A stretch of DNA of 37,662 bases, taken from positions 1-37,662 of IMG/VR virus record IMGVR_UViG_3300042922_000419; one strand, 5' to 3'. This DNA is from a virus. Shown here piece by piece: positions 1 to 6,825 of this stretch. The notes beneath the pieces were generated by a model, which did not search any database, was not told where the DNA came from, and worked only from the letters and a program-made list of their open reading frames with translations. How positions within the stretch are numbered: position 1 is the stretch's first letter; the number at the start of each line of letters is the position of its first letter. The translations under genes and the position numbers were made by a program.

Positions 1-88
1 AAACTTAAAAAGATATCACAGTTTAAATCTTATAAAAACTTCAAACGGATATTCTAAGTTTATAACTGAATTACCAAAGCCAATTTAA
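1..88 (+). CDS. Partial 3' end of the 748-aa ATPase gene (duplicate created by the terminal repeat)
   Basis: Identical to 37536..37623. Ends ...ELPKPI-TAA at 86..88, with no upstream start inside the window. Confidence 0.9.
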   Translation, partial: NLKRYHSLNLIKTSNGYSKFITELPKPI

Positions 89-94
89 AAATTT

Positions 95-126
95 AAAAGA
101 ACTGCCATAATCGACAGTTCTTTTTT
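95..126 (+). terminator. Rho-independent terminator of the ATPase operon (second copy at 37630..37661)
   Basis: Stem AGAACTG (98..104) / CAGTTCT (115..121), flanked by an A-run upstream and T6 downstream. Confidence 0.75.
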
Positions 127-127
127 G

Positions 128-361
128 ACGTCAAAAATACGTCAAATATTTAATTCACTTTGGTGTTTTTCTGTTCGTATTGTAAAATTATAGAAATTCA
201 ATTTTTAGTTGTAATTTCAATTTAAATGTATTAAAATGTATTTTGTGATGGTTTATATCATATTCATTATGGAAATTAATTTCAACACTAATTTTATTTG
301 GAAACTACGGGTTTTGTTAACTGGCGACAATAAAAACGGCAAAAATTTTCTTTAAAAAAAA
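128..361. promoter_or_regulatory. Candidate attP / integrase arm-site region
   Basis: 234-bp non-coding stretch next to int. Contains tandem ACGTCAAA(A/T)AT x2 (128..149), AAATGTATT x2 and three AATTTCAA-like repeats. The att core was not identified. Confidence 0.35.
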
Positions 362-1447
362 TTAGAAGATAGAATTAACCGCTTTTTGCGCCTTAGTCAT
401 CATGTCACTTGTAAAGTGTGAGTAAGTATCAATGACTACTTGAACAGTATCACCCATAAGCTCAGCTACAGTTTTAAAATCAACTCCATTTGCAACAAGC
501 ATTGAAGCGTAAGTATGCCTTAAATCATGTATAGAAATGTCATAACCGTTTTTTTTAAATCTTGCGGTTAAATTAGAGCAAGTGGAATCAGTTCTTTTAT
601 ATGAAATAATTCTGCCGCTAATATTAATAGGATGTTCCTTTTTATATTTAAGTAGTGCATCCAAAGTCTTAGGAGGAATTGGAATCTCTCTATTAGAATT
701 TGTACTTTTAACAGGGCCGATGCCACATGTCAATGGTTTTTTAATTATTAATTTCCACTGTTTATTAATATTCATAGTGGATTTTTTTTCGTCAATGTCA
801 TTCCAATTTAGCCCTAATATTTCTCCTATCCTAAGACCACAGGTAGCAGCCAACAAGGAGATTATATAATAATGTTTGTATTTCACCATTTTGTTTAATA
901 GATCATTTAATTCTGATTCAGTAAGCGCTTTTATTTTCTTTTCTGTTTTAATTTTAGCAGGCATAGAAACATCGCCAAATGGATTGTCTTTAATGATTTT
1001 AAGAGGCGATATAGCATAATTAAAAATTACCTTCATTTTAGCTACATAAGTTTTAATAGTGCTTTGCATAAGTTTATTTCTTATCATGTTATCAACACAG
1101 TGTTGAATTTCTAATGTTCCTATTTCGGCAACTTTGCTGTCTTTAATATTTTCAAAATGTTTAAACGCACCATCATAACTTATCAATGTGTTTGTTTCTT
1201 TATGCAATTCAGCGTGCTCTATAAAATAATTAAACAATTCATTTAATTTTGTTTCTTTCAATTCAGGATTAATATATTTAATAGTTTCTTCTAATTCTTT
1301 TACTACATCTTCAATCCATGGCTTAGAAGCTTTCTGTGTTTTAAATCCTTGCTTTGATTTCTGTTTCCATCTTCCAGTAGCATCTTTATAACTGATTATC
1401 GCTTGTATACCTTTGTCTTTTTCTCTGTACGTAACATTGTAATCCAT
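362..1447 (-). CDS. int: Tyrosine recombinase / phage integrase
   Basis: Motifs LRIGEILGL, HDLRHTYASML and DTYSHF match the R..HxxR..Y catalytic set. Start set at the second ATG (1447), which follows AAAGGAG; the track ORF extends to 1471. Confidence 0.9.
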   Translation of the reverse strand: MDYNVTYREKDKGIQAIISYKDATGRWKQKSKQGFKTQKASKPWIEDVVKELEETIKYINPELKETKLNELFNYFIEHAELHKETNTLISYDGAFKHFENIKDSKVAEIGTLEIQHCVDNMIRNKLMQSTIKTYVAKMKVIFNYAISPLKIIKDNPFGDVSMPAKIKTEKKIKALTESELNDLLNKMVKYKHYYIISLLAATCGLRIGEILGLNWNDIDEKKSTMNINKQWKLIIKKPLTCGIGPVKSTNSNREIPIPPKTLDALLKYKKEHPINISGRIISYKRTDSTCSNLTARFKKNGYDISIHDLRHTYASMLVANGVDFKTVAELMGDTVQVVIDTYSHFTSDMMTKAQKAVNSIF

Positions 1448-1465
1448 TTTAATCTCCTTTTTCTG

Positions 1466-1494
1466 TTGCATTTTTAAGGAGCTTTTGTTATAAT
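1466..1494 (+). promoter_or_regulatory. Sigma-A-type promoter TTGCAT-17-TATAAT facing away from int
   Basis: TTGCAT 1466..1471, 17-nt spacer, TATAAT 1489..1494, with TG at -15/-14. Confidence 0.45.
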
Positions 1495-1499
1495 TTATT

Positions 1500-1558
1500 T
1501 ACTTACATAAATAAAAGCTCCAACTTTTTCCGTACTGTTACCGCAGTACGGTTTTTTT
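1500..1558 (+). ncRNA. Candidate ~58-nt small RNA, antisense to the int leader
   Basis: Lies between the promoter above and a strong plus-strand terminator: 8-bp stem CCGTACTG 1530..1537 / CAGTACGG 1544..1551, followed by T7. No plus-strand gene is present to terminate. Confidence 0.35.
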
Positions 1559-1609
1559 ATATTATAAGCCAATAAATAAATTTTAGCAAATAAAAAATAG
1601 CCGTAAAAG

Positions 1610-1909
1610 CTATTTAGAATTATTTACATATTTTTTTAAATTTATAAATCCTTTTTCTAAATCATTTAAATATTCTTGTAAAGCCTTTTTGCTTACATTA
1701 CTTTTACTATCATTTCCAACCAAGAAATCAACAGTCACTTCAAAATAATTTGCTATTTTTATAAGAGTTTCAATGTCTGGCTCGTTGATACCTCTTTCAT
1801 ATTTAGAATACGCTGAAGCATCTACGCCGATTACTTCAGCTATTTCGCTTTGAAACAATCCTTTTCTATCTGTTCTTAATTTTTTCAATCTATCGCTAAA
1901 TATGCTCAT
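1610..1909 (-). CDS. XRE-family HTH regulator (repressor candidate 1)
   Basis: HTH_3 signature LFQSEIAEVIGVDASAYSKYERGINEPDIETLIKIANYFEVTVDFLVG. Sits next to int. Confidence 0.85.
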   Translation of the reverse strand: MSIFSDRLKKLRTDRKGLFQSEIAEVIGVDASAYSKYERGINEPDIETLIKIANYFEVTVDFLVGNDSKSNVSKKALQEYLNDLEKGFINLKKYVNNSK

Positions 1910-1995
1910 TGGTTGCCACCCTGTAATTTTATAAGAAAATTATACACAAATTACCAATTTTGCACAACTAAATGGCTAAAACAGTCAGCAAAAAT

Positions 1996-2024
1996 TTGAC
2001 AAAGGATAAAAAAGCTATTATAAT
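1996..2024 (+). promoter_or_regulatory. Perfect consensus promoter TTGACA-17-TATAAT (P1)
   Basis: TTGACA 1996..2001, 17-nt spacer, TATAAT 2019..2024. Confidence 0.7.
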
Positions 2025-2062
2025 ATTACAAAGAATAACGTTTCGACATAATAACAAAATTA

Positions 2063-2091
2063 TTGACAAAGATTTACAAAGGGGTTATAAT
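2063..2091 (+). promoter_or_regulatory. Perfect consensus promoter TTGACA-17-TATAAT (P2, tandem to P1)
   Basis: TTGACA 2063..2068, 17-nt spacer, TATAAT 2086..2091. Both promoters begin TTGACAAAG. Confidence 0.7.
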
Positions 2092-2147
2092 CAAAATAGA
2101 CAATTATTCGAACAAACGTTCTATAAAATTCGTGTAAGAGGTGAAGT

Positions 2148-2285
2148 ATGGGGGATACTGAATTTGAGAAAGAACTAAATGAATTGCAAGACCTTTTGAA
2201 AGAATTAAACAATATTAAAGTTGTTAGAAATATTAAATGTTTAGTAAAAGATTACATAGAAGAAACAGAAAGAGCAATTTCCTGA
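2148..2285 (+). CDS. 45-aa hypothetical protein (MGDTEFEKELNELQDLLKELNN...)
   Basis: The ATG follows AGAGGTGAAG and the ORF is below the track size cut-off. Predicted helical, no signal peptide. It converges on the 3' end of 2287..2649. Confidence 0.45.
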   Translation: MGDTEFEKELNELQDLLKELNNIKVVRNIKCLVKDYIEETERAIS

Positions 2286-2286
2286 T

Positions 2287-2649
2287 TTAAAGGAGATCGC
2301 TCTTTAATAATTTTATAATAGGTCTTAATTTTTCTCGCTGCTCTAAAGTTAAATCTTTAATATCTCTAAATATATCAAGCAGCTCGGGATCATCAGCATC
2401 TAATATTGTTTTTCCTAATGCTCTAAAAGGATTTGGTTCTTCAATTAAATCAGCTTTTGTAATATTAAAATAATTTGCTAACATTTCTATTTTATCAATT
2501 CGAGGGTATGTGTTGCCATTTACCCAATCCGTAAATGTTGAATAACTTACAGATAGCGCATCGGCTATTTCTTTTCTTTCTTTACCACTTAATTCAATAT
2601 ATTTCCTTAAATTTTTTGAAATCATTTCTTTATTGCCTAAATTGTTCAA
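2287..2649 (-). CDS. XRE-family HTH regulator (CI-like repressor candidate 2)
   Basis: ISKNLRKYIELSGKERKEIADALSVSYSTFTDWVNGNTYPRIDKIEMLANYF plus a C-terminal extension. Divergent from the Cro-like gene. Confidence 0.85.
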   Translation of the reverse strand: MNNLGNKEMISKNLRKYIELSGKERKEIADALSVSYSTFTDWVNGNTYPRIDKIEMLANYFNITKADLIEEPNPFRALGKTILDADDPELLDIFRDIKDLTLEQREKLRPIIKLLKSDLL

Positions 2650-2723
2650 GATTACACACCTCCAATATTTATTATATCTATTATACTAAAAAATACAAGA
2701 AAAATTTTAAAGTTTTACGAAAT

Positions 2724-2757
2724 AACCGTTGACAAAACGGTTTAATCGTTATATAAT
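2724..2757 (+). promoter_or_regulatory. Early rightward promoter with overlapping palindromic operator
   Basis: TTGACA 2729..2734, 17-nt spacer, TATAAT 2752..2757. Inverted repeat AACCGTT (2724..2730) N5 AACGGTT (2736..2742) straddles the -35. Confidence 0.7.
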
Positions 2758-2800
2758 CATATTACAGGTTGAAAAAATTATCAAAAAGGAGAAAAAAATA

Positions 2801-3004
2801 ATGGCGATAACATTAAAAGCTGCAAGAGTTAATAAAAACTTAACTCAAAAACAAGCAGCAGAAAAGCTTGGAATTTCGGCAGATAGCTTATGGAACTATG
2901 AAAATGGAAGAAGTTATCCTGATGTAAAAGTTATAAAAAAGATGGAAGAAGTGTATAGTGTCTCTTATAATGACATAAATTTTTTGCTTACAAATAACGG
3001 TTAA
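2801..3004 (+). CDS. Cro-like XRE HTH regulator (67 aa)
   Basis: LTQKQAAEKLGISADSLWNYENGRSYPDVKVIKKMEEVY. Start moved to the ATG at 2801 after AAAGGAG, because the track start at 2729 lies on the -35 box. Confidence 0.85.
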   Translation: MAITLKAARVNKNLTQKQAAEKLGISADSLWNYENGRSYPDVKVIKKMEEVYSVSYNDINFLLTNNG

Positions 3005-3009
3005 ACCGT
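2996..3009. promoter_or_regulatory. Second copy of the operator half-sites (AACGGTT a AACCGT)
   Basis: Same half-site as at 2724..2742, in the opposite arrangement, overlapping the cro stop codon. Confidence 0.4.
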
Positions 3010-3059
3010 AAATAATGTGCGTAATACATAAAAATAAAAGAAAAATGGGGGTGCTTTAA

Positions 3060-3254
3060 GTGGCAGGTAGATTAGTATTCTACGTTAGAAAAGAGAAAGA
3101 AAGAGCAAAAGAAGGAACGAAGGTAGTTAGGATTTACGAAGAGGACTACAATTTTATTGACGATTTATCAAAGAAGACAGGATTAAGTAGAAATGCAGTA
3201 ATATCAAAATTTATAGAACTTGGAAAGGAAGAAATGGAATTAAGAGAGGAGTAA
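3060..3254 (+). CDS. Small DNA-binding protein, possibly RHH/CopG-like
   Basis: GTG start after GGGGGTG. Motif LSKKTGLSRNAVISKFIELG. Assignment is tentative. Confidence 0.45.
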   Translation: MAGRLVFYVRKEKERAKEGTKVVRIYEEDYNFIDDLSKKTGLSRNAVISKFIELGKEEMELREE

Positions 3255-3257
3255 GTT

Positions 3258-3560
3258 ATGTCAGACAAATTGTTAACACAACAAGAACTCGCTGAGCGCT
3301 GGCAAGTATCAGTAAGAGCAATAGAAAACTGGAGAAAAGATGGAATAATTCAACCAGCCAAGGGAGTTCCGGCAATAAGATTTACAGAGCAACACATCTT
3401 AGAGCTCGAAGGTGTAAAACTTGACAGAATGTCACCTTTGGAACGAAGAAGACTCGAGTTAGAAATCGAAAAGCTAAGACTTCAAAATGAAAAACTCAAG
3501 GGAATTATAGGTAAAGTTTTAGCTGAAACATCACAAATAATAAGTATGGAGGCAAGTTAA
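3258..3560 (+). CDS. MerR/excisionase-type HTH protein (possible Xis or early regulator)
   Basis: LLTQQELAERWQVSVRAIENWRKDGIIQP followed by a coiled-coil tail. Confidence 0.55.
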   Translation: MSDKLLTQQELAERWQVSVRAIENWRKDGIIQPAKGVPAIRFTEQHILELEGVKLDRMSPLERRRLELEIEKLRLQNEKLKGIIGKVLAETSQIISMEAS

Positions 3561-3764
3561 ATGAATTTAAGCTATTACGCGGACCAGTTCGCAATGGTAA
3601 GTGAATGTAAGAACGAAGACGCAAGAAACAGACAATTAACTATATTAATGAACAATTTAGAGCGTGAATATGACATACCAGCTTACAATGACGAGGCTTT
3701 TAATGTATCTAATCCAGGTATCATGGATCTATATAGAGCTGTTAGCACTGCAAGAAATTTATAG
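3561..3764 (+). CDS. Hypothetical early protein (67 aa)
   Basis: TAAATG coupling to the upstream gene, co-directional packing. Confidence 0.55.
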   Translation: MNLSYYADQFAMVSECKNEDARNRQLTILMNNLEREYDIPAYNDEAFNVSNPGIMDLYRAVSTARNL

Positions 3765-3776
3765 GAGGTAATTTAA

Positions 3777-3989
3777 ATGTGTGATTTTGAAAATGTAAAA
3801 GGTTTTAAAGAATTAGATCCAAAGAGACAGGAATTATTAAAAAATACATATCAAAGACATTTTGATTGTATGAGTGGTTGGATGAAAGAAAAATGGGCTC
3901 CTCAGACAGTTGAAGCAGCTGACTATGGTGTAAAAGTAATAATGCCTGGTACATGGTTTCACTACAACTGGAAAGGTGAATGGTATTAA
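3777..3989 (+). CDS. Hypothetical early protein (70 aa)
   Basis: AGGAGG upstream of the ATG. Confidence 0.55.
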   Translation: MCDFENVKGFKELDPKRQELLKNTYQRHFDCMSGWMKEKWAPQTVEAADYGVKVIMPGTWFHYNWKGEWY

Positions 3990-4112
3990 AAACTAAATAA
4001 CTGATGACAAAGAAGAGCTCAGGCTCTTTATAAAAACAGTTTTTTAAAACAAAAAGGTCTAACGTACATTATATGATAGCAATTTTAAAAATAGAACTAA
4101 GGAGGATGTGAA

Positions 4113-4238
4113 ATGCAAAAGAAAAAAAACAAGCAGTTTTGGGACAGGTTCTGTGATGATAATGATTTAATAAAATTCAAAATCATTTCATGCGTGATTT
4201 TAGCAATCGGATTTCTAATTTATGATGGGAGGTTTTAA
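4113..4238 (+). CDS. 41-aa small membrane protein
   Basis: AAGGAGG 7 nt before the ATG. One hydrophobic helix, IISCVILAIGFLIY. Its stop overlaps the next start (TAAATG). Below the track cut-off. Confidence 0.45.
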   Translation: MQKKKNKQFWDRFCDDNDLIKFKIISCVILAIGFLIYDGRF

Positions 4239-4649
4239 ATGAAAGTTATCAAAATAACAACTAATAATGTAATAAGTGTAGTTGACATCCAGGAGCCAAC
4301 GTTAAATGACATGCAGGAGCAAGTAGGAGGATTTATAGAAACAGTAAGGCCTTTTGGATTGAGCTTATTGGACGTGCCAGGTAACAGGAATTTACTCATG
4401 ATTGTTAATGAGGAAGGGCGTTGTATAAGGTTAGACATAAATAAAGCAGGCAGTAGTCTTTATAATGACGGCATTAATTATCCATTTACCGGATTTGAAC
4501 CTATCGTAGGTGACATCTTATTTATGTCAGAAGGTTTTGTAAACGGTGAGCCAGATATTATAGGTTTATCAGATGAACAGGTACAAGCTTTAATATCTGA
4601 ATTAATTAATAAGTTTGATTTTTTAAATATGGAGCTGATGAATGAGTGA
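4239..4649 (+). CDS. Hypothetical protein, N-terminus resembles DUF3846
   Basis: MKVIKITTNNVISVVDIQEPTLNDMQEQVGGFIETV recalls DUF3846 proteins of phages and conjugative elements. This is from memory only. Confidence 0.55.
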   Translation: MKVIKITTNNVISVVDIQEPTLNDMQEQVGGFIETVRPFGLSLLDVPGNRNLLMIVNEEGRCIRLDINKAGSSLYNDGINYPFTGFEPIVGDILFMSEGFVNGEPDIIGLSDEQVQALISELINKFDFLNMELMNE

Positions 4650-5275
4650 AAGACAATGACAGATACTCAGATGTTGACATTTGCACCCTTTATAGGCGAG
4701 GTTCAAGCATATCAATTCTTAACCAGTTAACAGGCAAAAGTAATTTTGAGATAAAAAATATATTAATGAATGGGGGCTATATAGAAATGAATAACGAAAG
4801 AAAAGAAAATATTTTAGAGAAATACAAAGAGGGTTTAAGTGATGTTGCTATAGCAAGAGCTACAGGATATCCACAAAGCCAGGTGTCAACATTCCTCAGA
4901 GGTCAAGGTTTACCAGCTAATGGAAAGTTATTTGGTGGAAAGGCTAAAAAACAAGAAGAAAAAGTTGCTGTTGTGGAAGAAATTAAAACAGATCAGCCAG
5001 AAGTTAAACAGAACGATGAAAAAACATATACTTACAGTCCTGAAAATGGATGGAATGAAATACGTTCAGATGAAAAAAACGAGGTGGAAATTATGAAAAA
5101 CTCAGAAAAAGAATTAGTAATAGAATTAGAAAATATTGAAACTAAGGATATTGATTGGAAAGTAGTGAGTGAAAATCTTGAAAAACGCATCGAAGGTGGA
5201 CAAGTTAAAAATGACAAATATAATCTTGCATACATAACATTGGACATCATCAGAGAAATTTGGAGGAGTATATGA
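4646..5275 (+). CDS. Hypothetical protein with internal HTH-like segment
   Basis: GTGA overlap with the upstream stop. Motif GLSDVAIARATGYPQSQVSTFL. Acidic C-terminal half. Confidence 0.55.
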   Translation: MKDNDRYSDVDICTLYRRGSSISILNQLTGKSNFEIKNILMNGGYIEMNNERKENILEKYKEGLSDVAIARATGYPQSQVSTFLRGQGLPANGKLFGGKAKKQEEKVAVVEEIKTDQPEVKQNDEKTYTYSPENGWNEIRSDEKNEVEIMKNSEKELVIELENIETKDIDWKVVSENLEKRIEGGQVKNDKYNLAYITLDIIREIWRSI

Positions 5276-5472
5276 CAGTAACAGTTAAAGTTGATAACGG
5301 AAAAATCGAATGCTCCTATGATTCTAATAAAGACAAAGACAGATTCTTGTTAGCTTTTAATACAGGACCATTTGGTGGTATAGCAGTAAAACTCAATAAA
5401 AGCGACTTGCCAGAGTTAATAGATACTCTTCAAAAATTCGAAGACAGTTTGAAGTCTACGACAAGGAGGTAA
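5272..5472 (+). CDS. Hypothetical protein (66 aa)
   Basis: The ATG at 5272 follows GGAGG and forms an ATGA overlap with the upstream gene. Confidence 0.5.
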   Translation: MTVTVKVDNGKIECSYDSNKDKDRFLLAFNTGPFGGIAVKLNKSDLPELIDTLQKFEDSLKSTTRR

Positions 5473-5482
5473 TTGAAATAAA

Positions 5483-5716
5483 ATGGATGAGAACTGGTGT
5501 GCATTCTACATAGCAATTATGACAAATTCGACTGTAGAACAGGCATTTACTCGGTGGAAAGGGGTTAATGATTATAACAATTCAATATCTCAGGATGATG
5601 TAAGAGATATGATTGAAATGAAAAAAACAATGACATATAAGCAAATTGGTGAAATTTACGGCATCACTGATGGCGCTGTTAATAAAAGAATAAAGCGCTT
5701 CAAGGGGGCGAGCTGA
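5483..5716 (+). CDS. Small sigma-70 region-4/LuxR-like HTH protein
   Basis: MTYKQIGEIYGITDGAVNKRIKRF. Confidence 0.55.
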   Translation: MDENWCAFYIAIMTNSTVEQAFTRWKGVNDYNNSISQDDVRDMIEMKKTMTYKQIGEIYGITDGAVNKRIKRFKGAS

Positions 5717-5904
5717 TGAAAGTCATATGCACTATCTGCAATTATGAATGAGATGCGTCAAAGTATGTAATTGAAAGCAGTTATATTTGTCCTCATTGTA
5801 CATGGAAAATTAAGAGAGATATAAAAATTAAGTTAGGAGGTAAAAAGAAAAGTGTCAAATCGCATGGAGACTATCATTGGAAATTACAAGGAAATTATTA
5901 TTGA
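5716..5904 (+). pseudogene. Zinc-ribbon ORF interrupted by an in-frame TGA (5749..5751)
   Basis: MKVICTICNYE-TGA-DASKYVIESSYICPHCTWKIK...: CxxC lies before the stop and CxxC after it. The ATG overlaps the upstream stop (TGATG). Confidence 0.4.
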
Positions 5905-6232
5905 AGACGGTGATATTTCAAAAGAGCAGCTTCTACAAATGTTACGTTTAGATAATTACATCCCGGATAATTATAAGAATGAAGATGGTTTTGAAAAAAT
6001 CGCTAACAAAATATTGATTAAAACTACTAAAGCTAAGGAAATGTCTGAAAAATTTGAGCGACGTTTGAAATTATTTAATCAAGGGCACAGCATTTCAGAA
6101 ATAGCAGTTATGGAAGGAGTTATTTATCAAACATTAAAATATTGGTTTGTGGCTAATGGATTATTTAAGTCAGAAAATAAAAGAGGTCGCCCTGTTGGTA
6201 GCAGAACGACCAAGTCCCAAAGGACTGCATAA
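5852..6232 (+). CDS. HTH DNA-binding protein (126 aa)
   Basis: GTG start 11 nt after AGGAGG. Motif GHSISEIAVMEGVIYQTLKYWF plus a basic tail. Confidence 0.55.
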   Translation: MSNRMETIIGNYKEIIIEDGDISKEQLLQMLRLDNYIPDNYKNEDGFEKIANKILIKTTKAKEMSEKFERRLKLFNQGHSISEIAVMEGVIYQTLKYWFVANGLFKSENKRGRPVGSRTTKSQRTA

Positions 6233-6273
6233 AACTATAATAAGTATAACAAATTTATTGCGAGGTGTAAACA

Positions 6274-6558
6274 TTGGATGTAATTAAATGTCCTGCATGT
6301 GGCAGGGATCATAATATAAATAAGCAGCATAGAGTTAAATGTATTTGTAAATCGGACCTGGTAGTTCTTAAAAACGGTAAAAGTAAAGTCCTTGTAAGAG
6401 AAGAGGACAAGCCAAAGGTAAAGTCGATTAAATGTAAAAATTGTATTTATTTCTATCCAACGAAGGAAATAATGGGAGATTGCATGGATCTTGAGCTGAT
6501 GAAGAGAAATGTTAATGGTGATTGCATAACAGTATGTAAAAGATTTAAGGGAAAATAA
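6274..6558 (+). CDS. Cys-rich zinc-ribbon protein (94 aa)
   Basis: TTG start. CPACG...CICK...CKNC...CMD...CITVC. Confidence 0.5.
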   Translation: MDVIKCPACGRDHNINKQHRVKCICKSDLVVLKNGKSKVLVREEDKPKVKSIKCKNCIYFYPTKEIMGDCMDLELMKRNVNGDCITVCKRFKGK

Positions 6559-6572
6559 ATGGAGGATGTAAT

Positions 6573-6824
6573 ATGAAAGCTACAGGAATAGTTAGAAATA
6601 TAGATGAATTAGGAAGATTGGTTATACCTATGGAACTTAGAAAAACTATGGAGATTACACAAAATACGCCAATTGAGATATTCACAGAGGGAAATAGCAT
6701 AATTCTTAAAAAATATGGCAAAAAGTGTGAGTTTTGCGCCGAAGAGGATTTGAGTAAATTGAGCGATTTTAAGGGCAAAAATATATGCAAGAGCTGTTTA
6801 TCAGAAATAAATGGGAGGTATTAA
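6573..6824 (+). CDS. AbrB/SpoVT-family transition-state regulator paralogue with C-terminal CxxC..CxxC
   Basis: MKATGIVRNIDELGRLVIPMELRKTMEI...IEIFTEGNSIILKKY aligns closely with the AbrB N-terminal domain. The tail is CEFC...CKSC. Confidence 0.85.
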   Translation: MKATGIVRNIDELGRLVIPMELRKTMEITQNTPIEIFTEGNSIILKKYGKKCEFCAEEDLSKLSDFKGKNICKSCLSEINGRY

Positions 6825-6825
6825 A

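Larger units (their letters stand above)
1..127. repeat. Terminal direct repeat, exact copy of 37536..37662 (127 bp)
   Basis: Base-by-base comparison: both copies run aaacttaaaaagatatcacag...cgacagttcttttttg. The repeat begins at window nt 1 and ends at the last nt. Confidence 0.95.

Noticed and set aside
1-127. attL/attR of an integrated prophage with a 127-bp core
   Set aside because: This reading is not excluded. It is less likely because the repeat coincides exactly with the window ends, no host sequence flanks it, and 127 is a standard assembler k-mer length.
582-869. Antisense or alternative-frame track ORFs inside larger genes (also 4235..4438-, 5032..5250-, 6545..6790-, 7449..7664-, 8457..8825-, 9488..9691-, 9888..10079-, 10886..11197-, 12260..12582-, 13626..13937-, 14369..14761-, 15185..15526-, 15770..15979-, 18320..18680-, 21282..21645-, 23858..24061-, 28568..28798-, 32378..32569-, 34634..34900-, 2535..2732+)
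   Set aside because: They are all embedded in longer ORFs with clear motifs, lack ribosome-binding sites, and have the Leu/Ile/Phe/Ser-rich composition expected from reverse translation of AT-rich coding DNA.
1972-2178. 68-aa track ORF in the HTH-1 / HTH-2 intergenic region
   Set aside because: It has no RBS and spans two perfect TTGACA-17-TATAAT promoters, with a basic low-complexity translation. The region is better explained as regulatory DNA plus the RBS-preceded 45-aa ORF at 2148.
2148-2285. Possible arbitrium-like or quorum peptide gene
   Set aside because: It has no signal peptide or secretion motif, and there is no AimR-like TPR receptor gene anywhere in the genome.
5749-5751. Genome-wide TGA reassignment (code 4-like recoding)
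   Set aside because: TGA clearly terminates well-supported genes (4239..4649, 5483..5716, 30740..31033, 31859..31993), so any recoding would be local.
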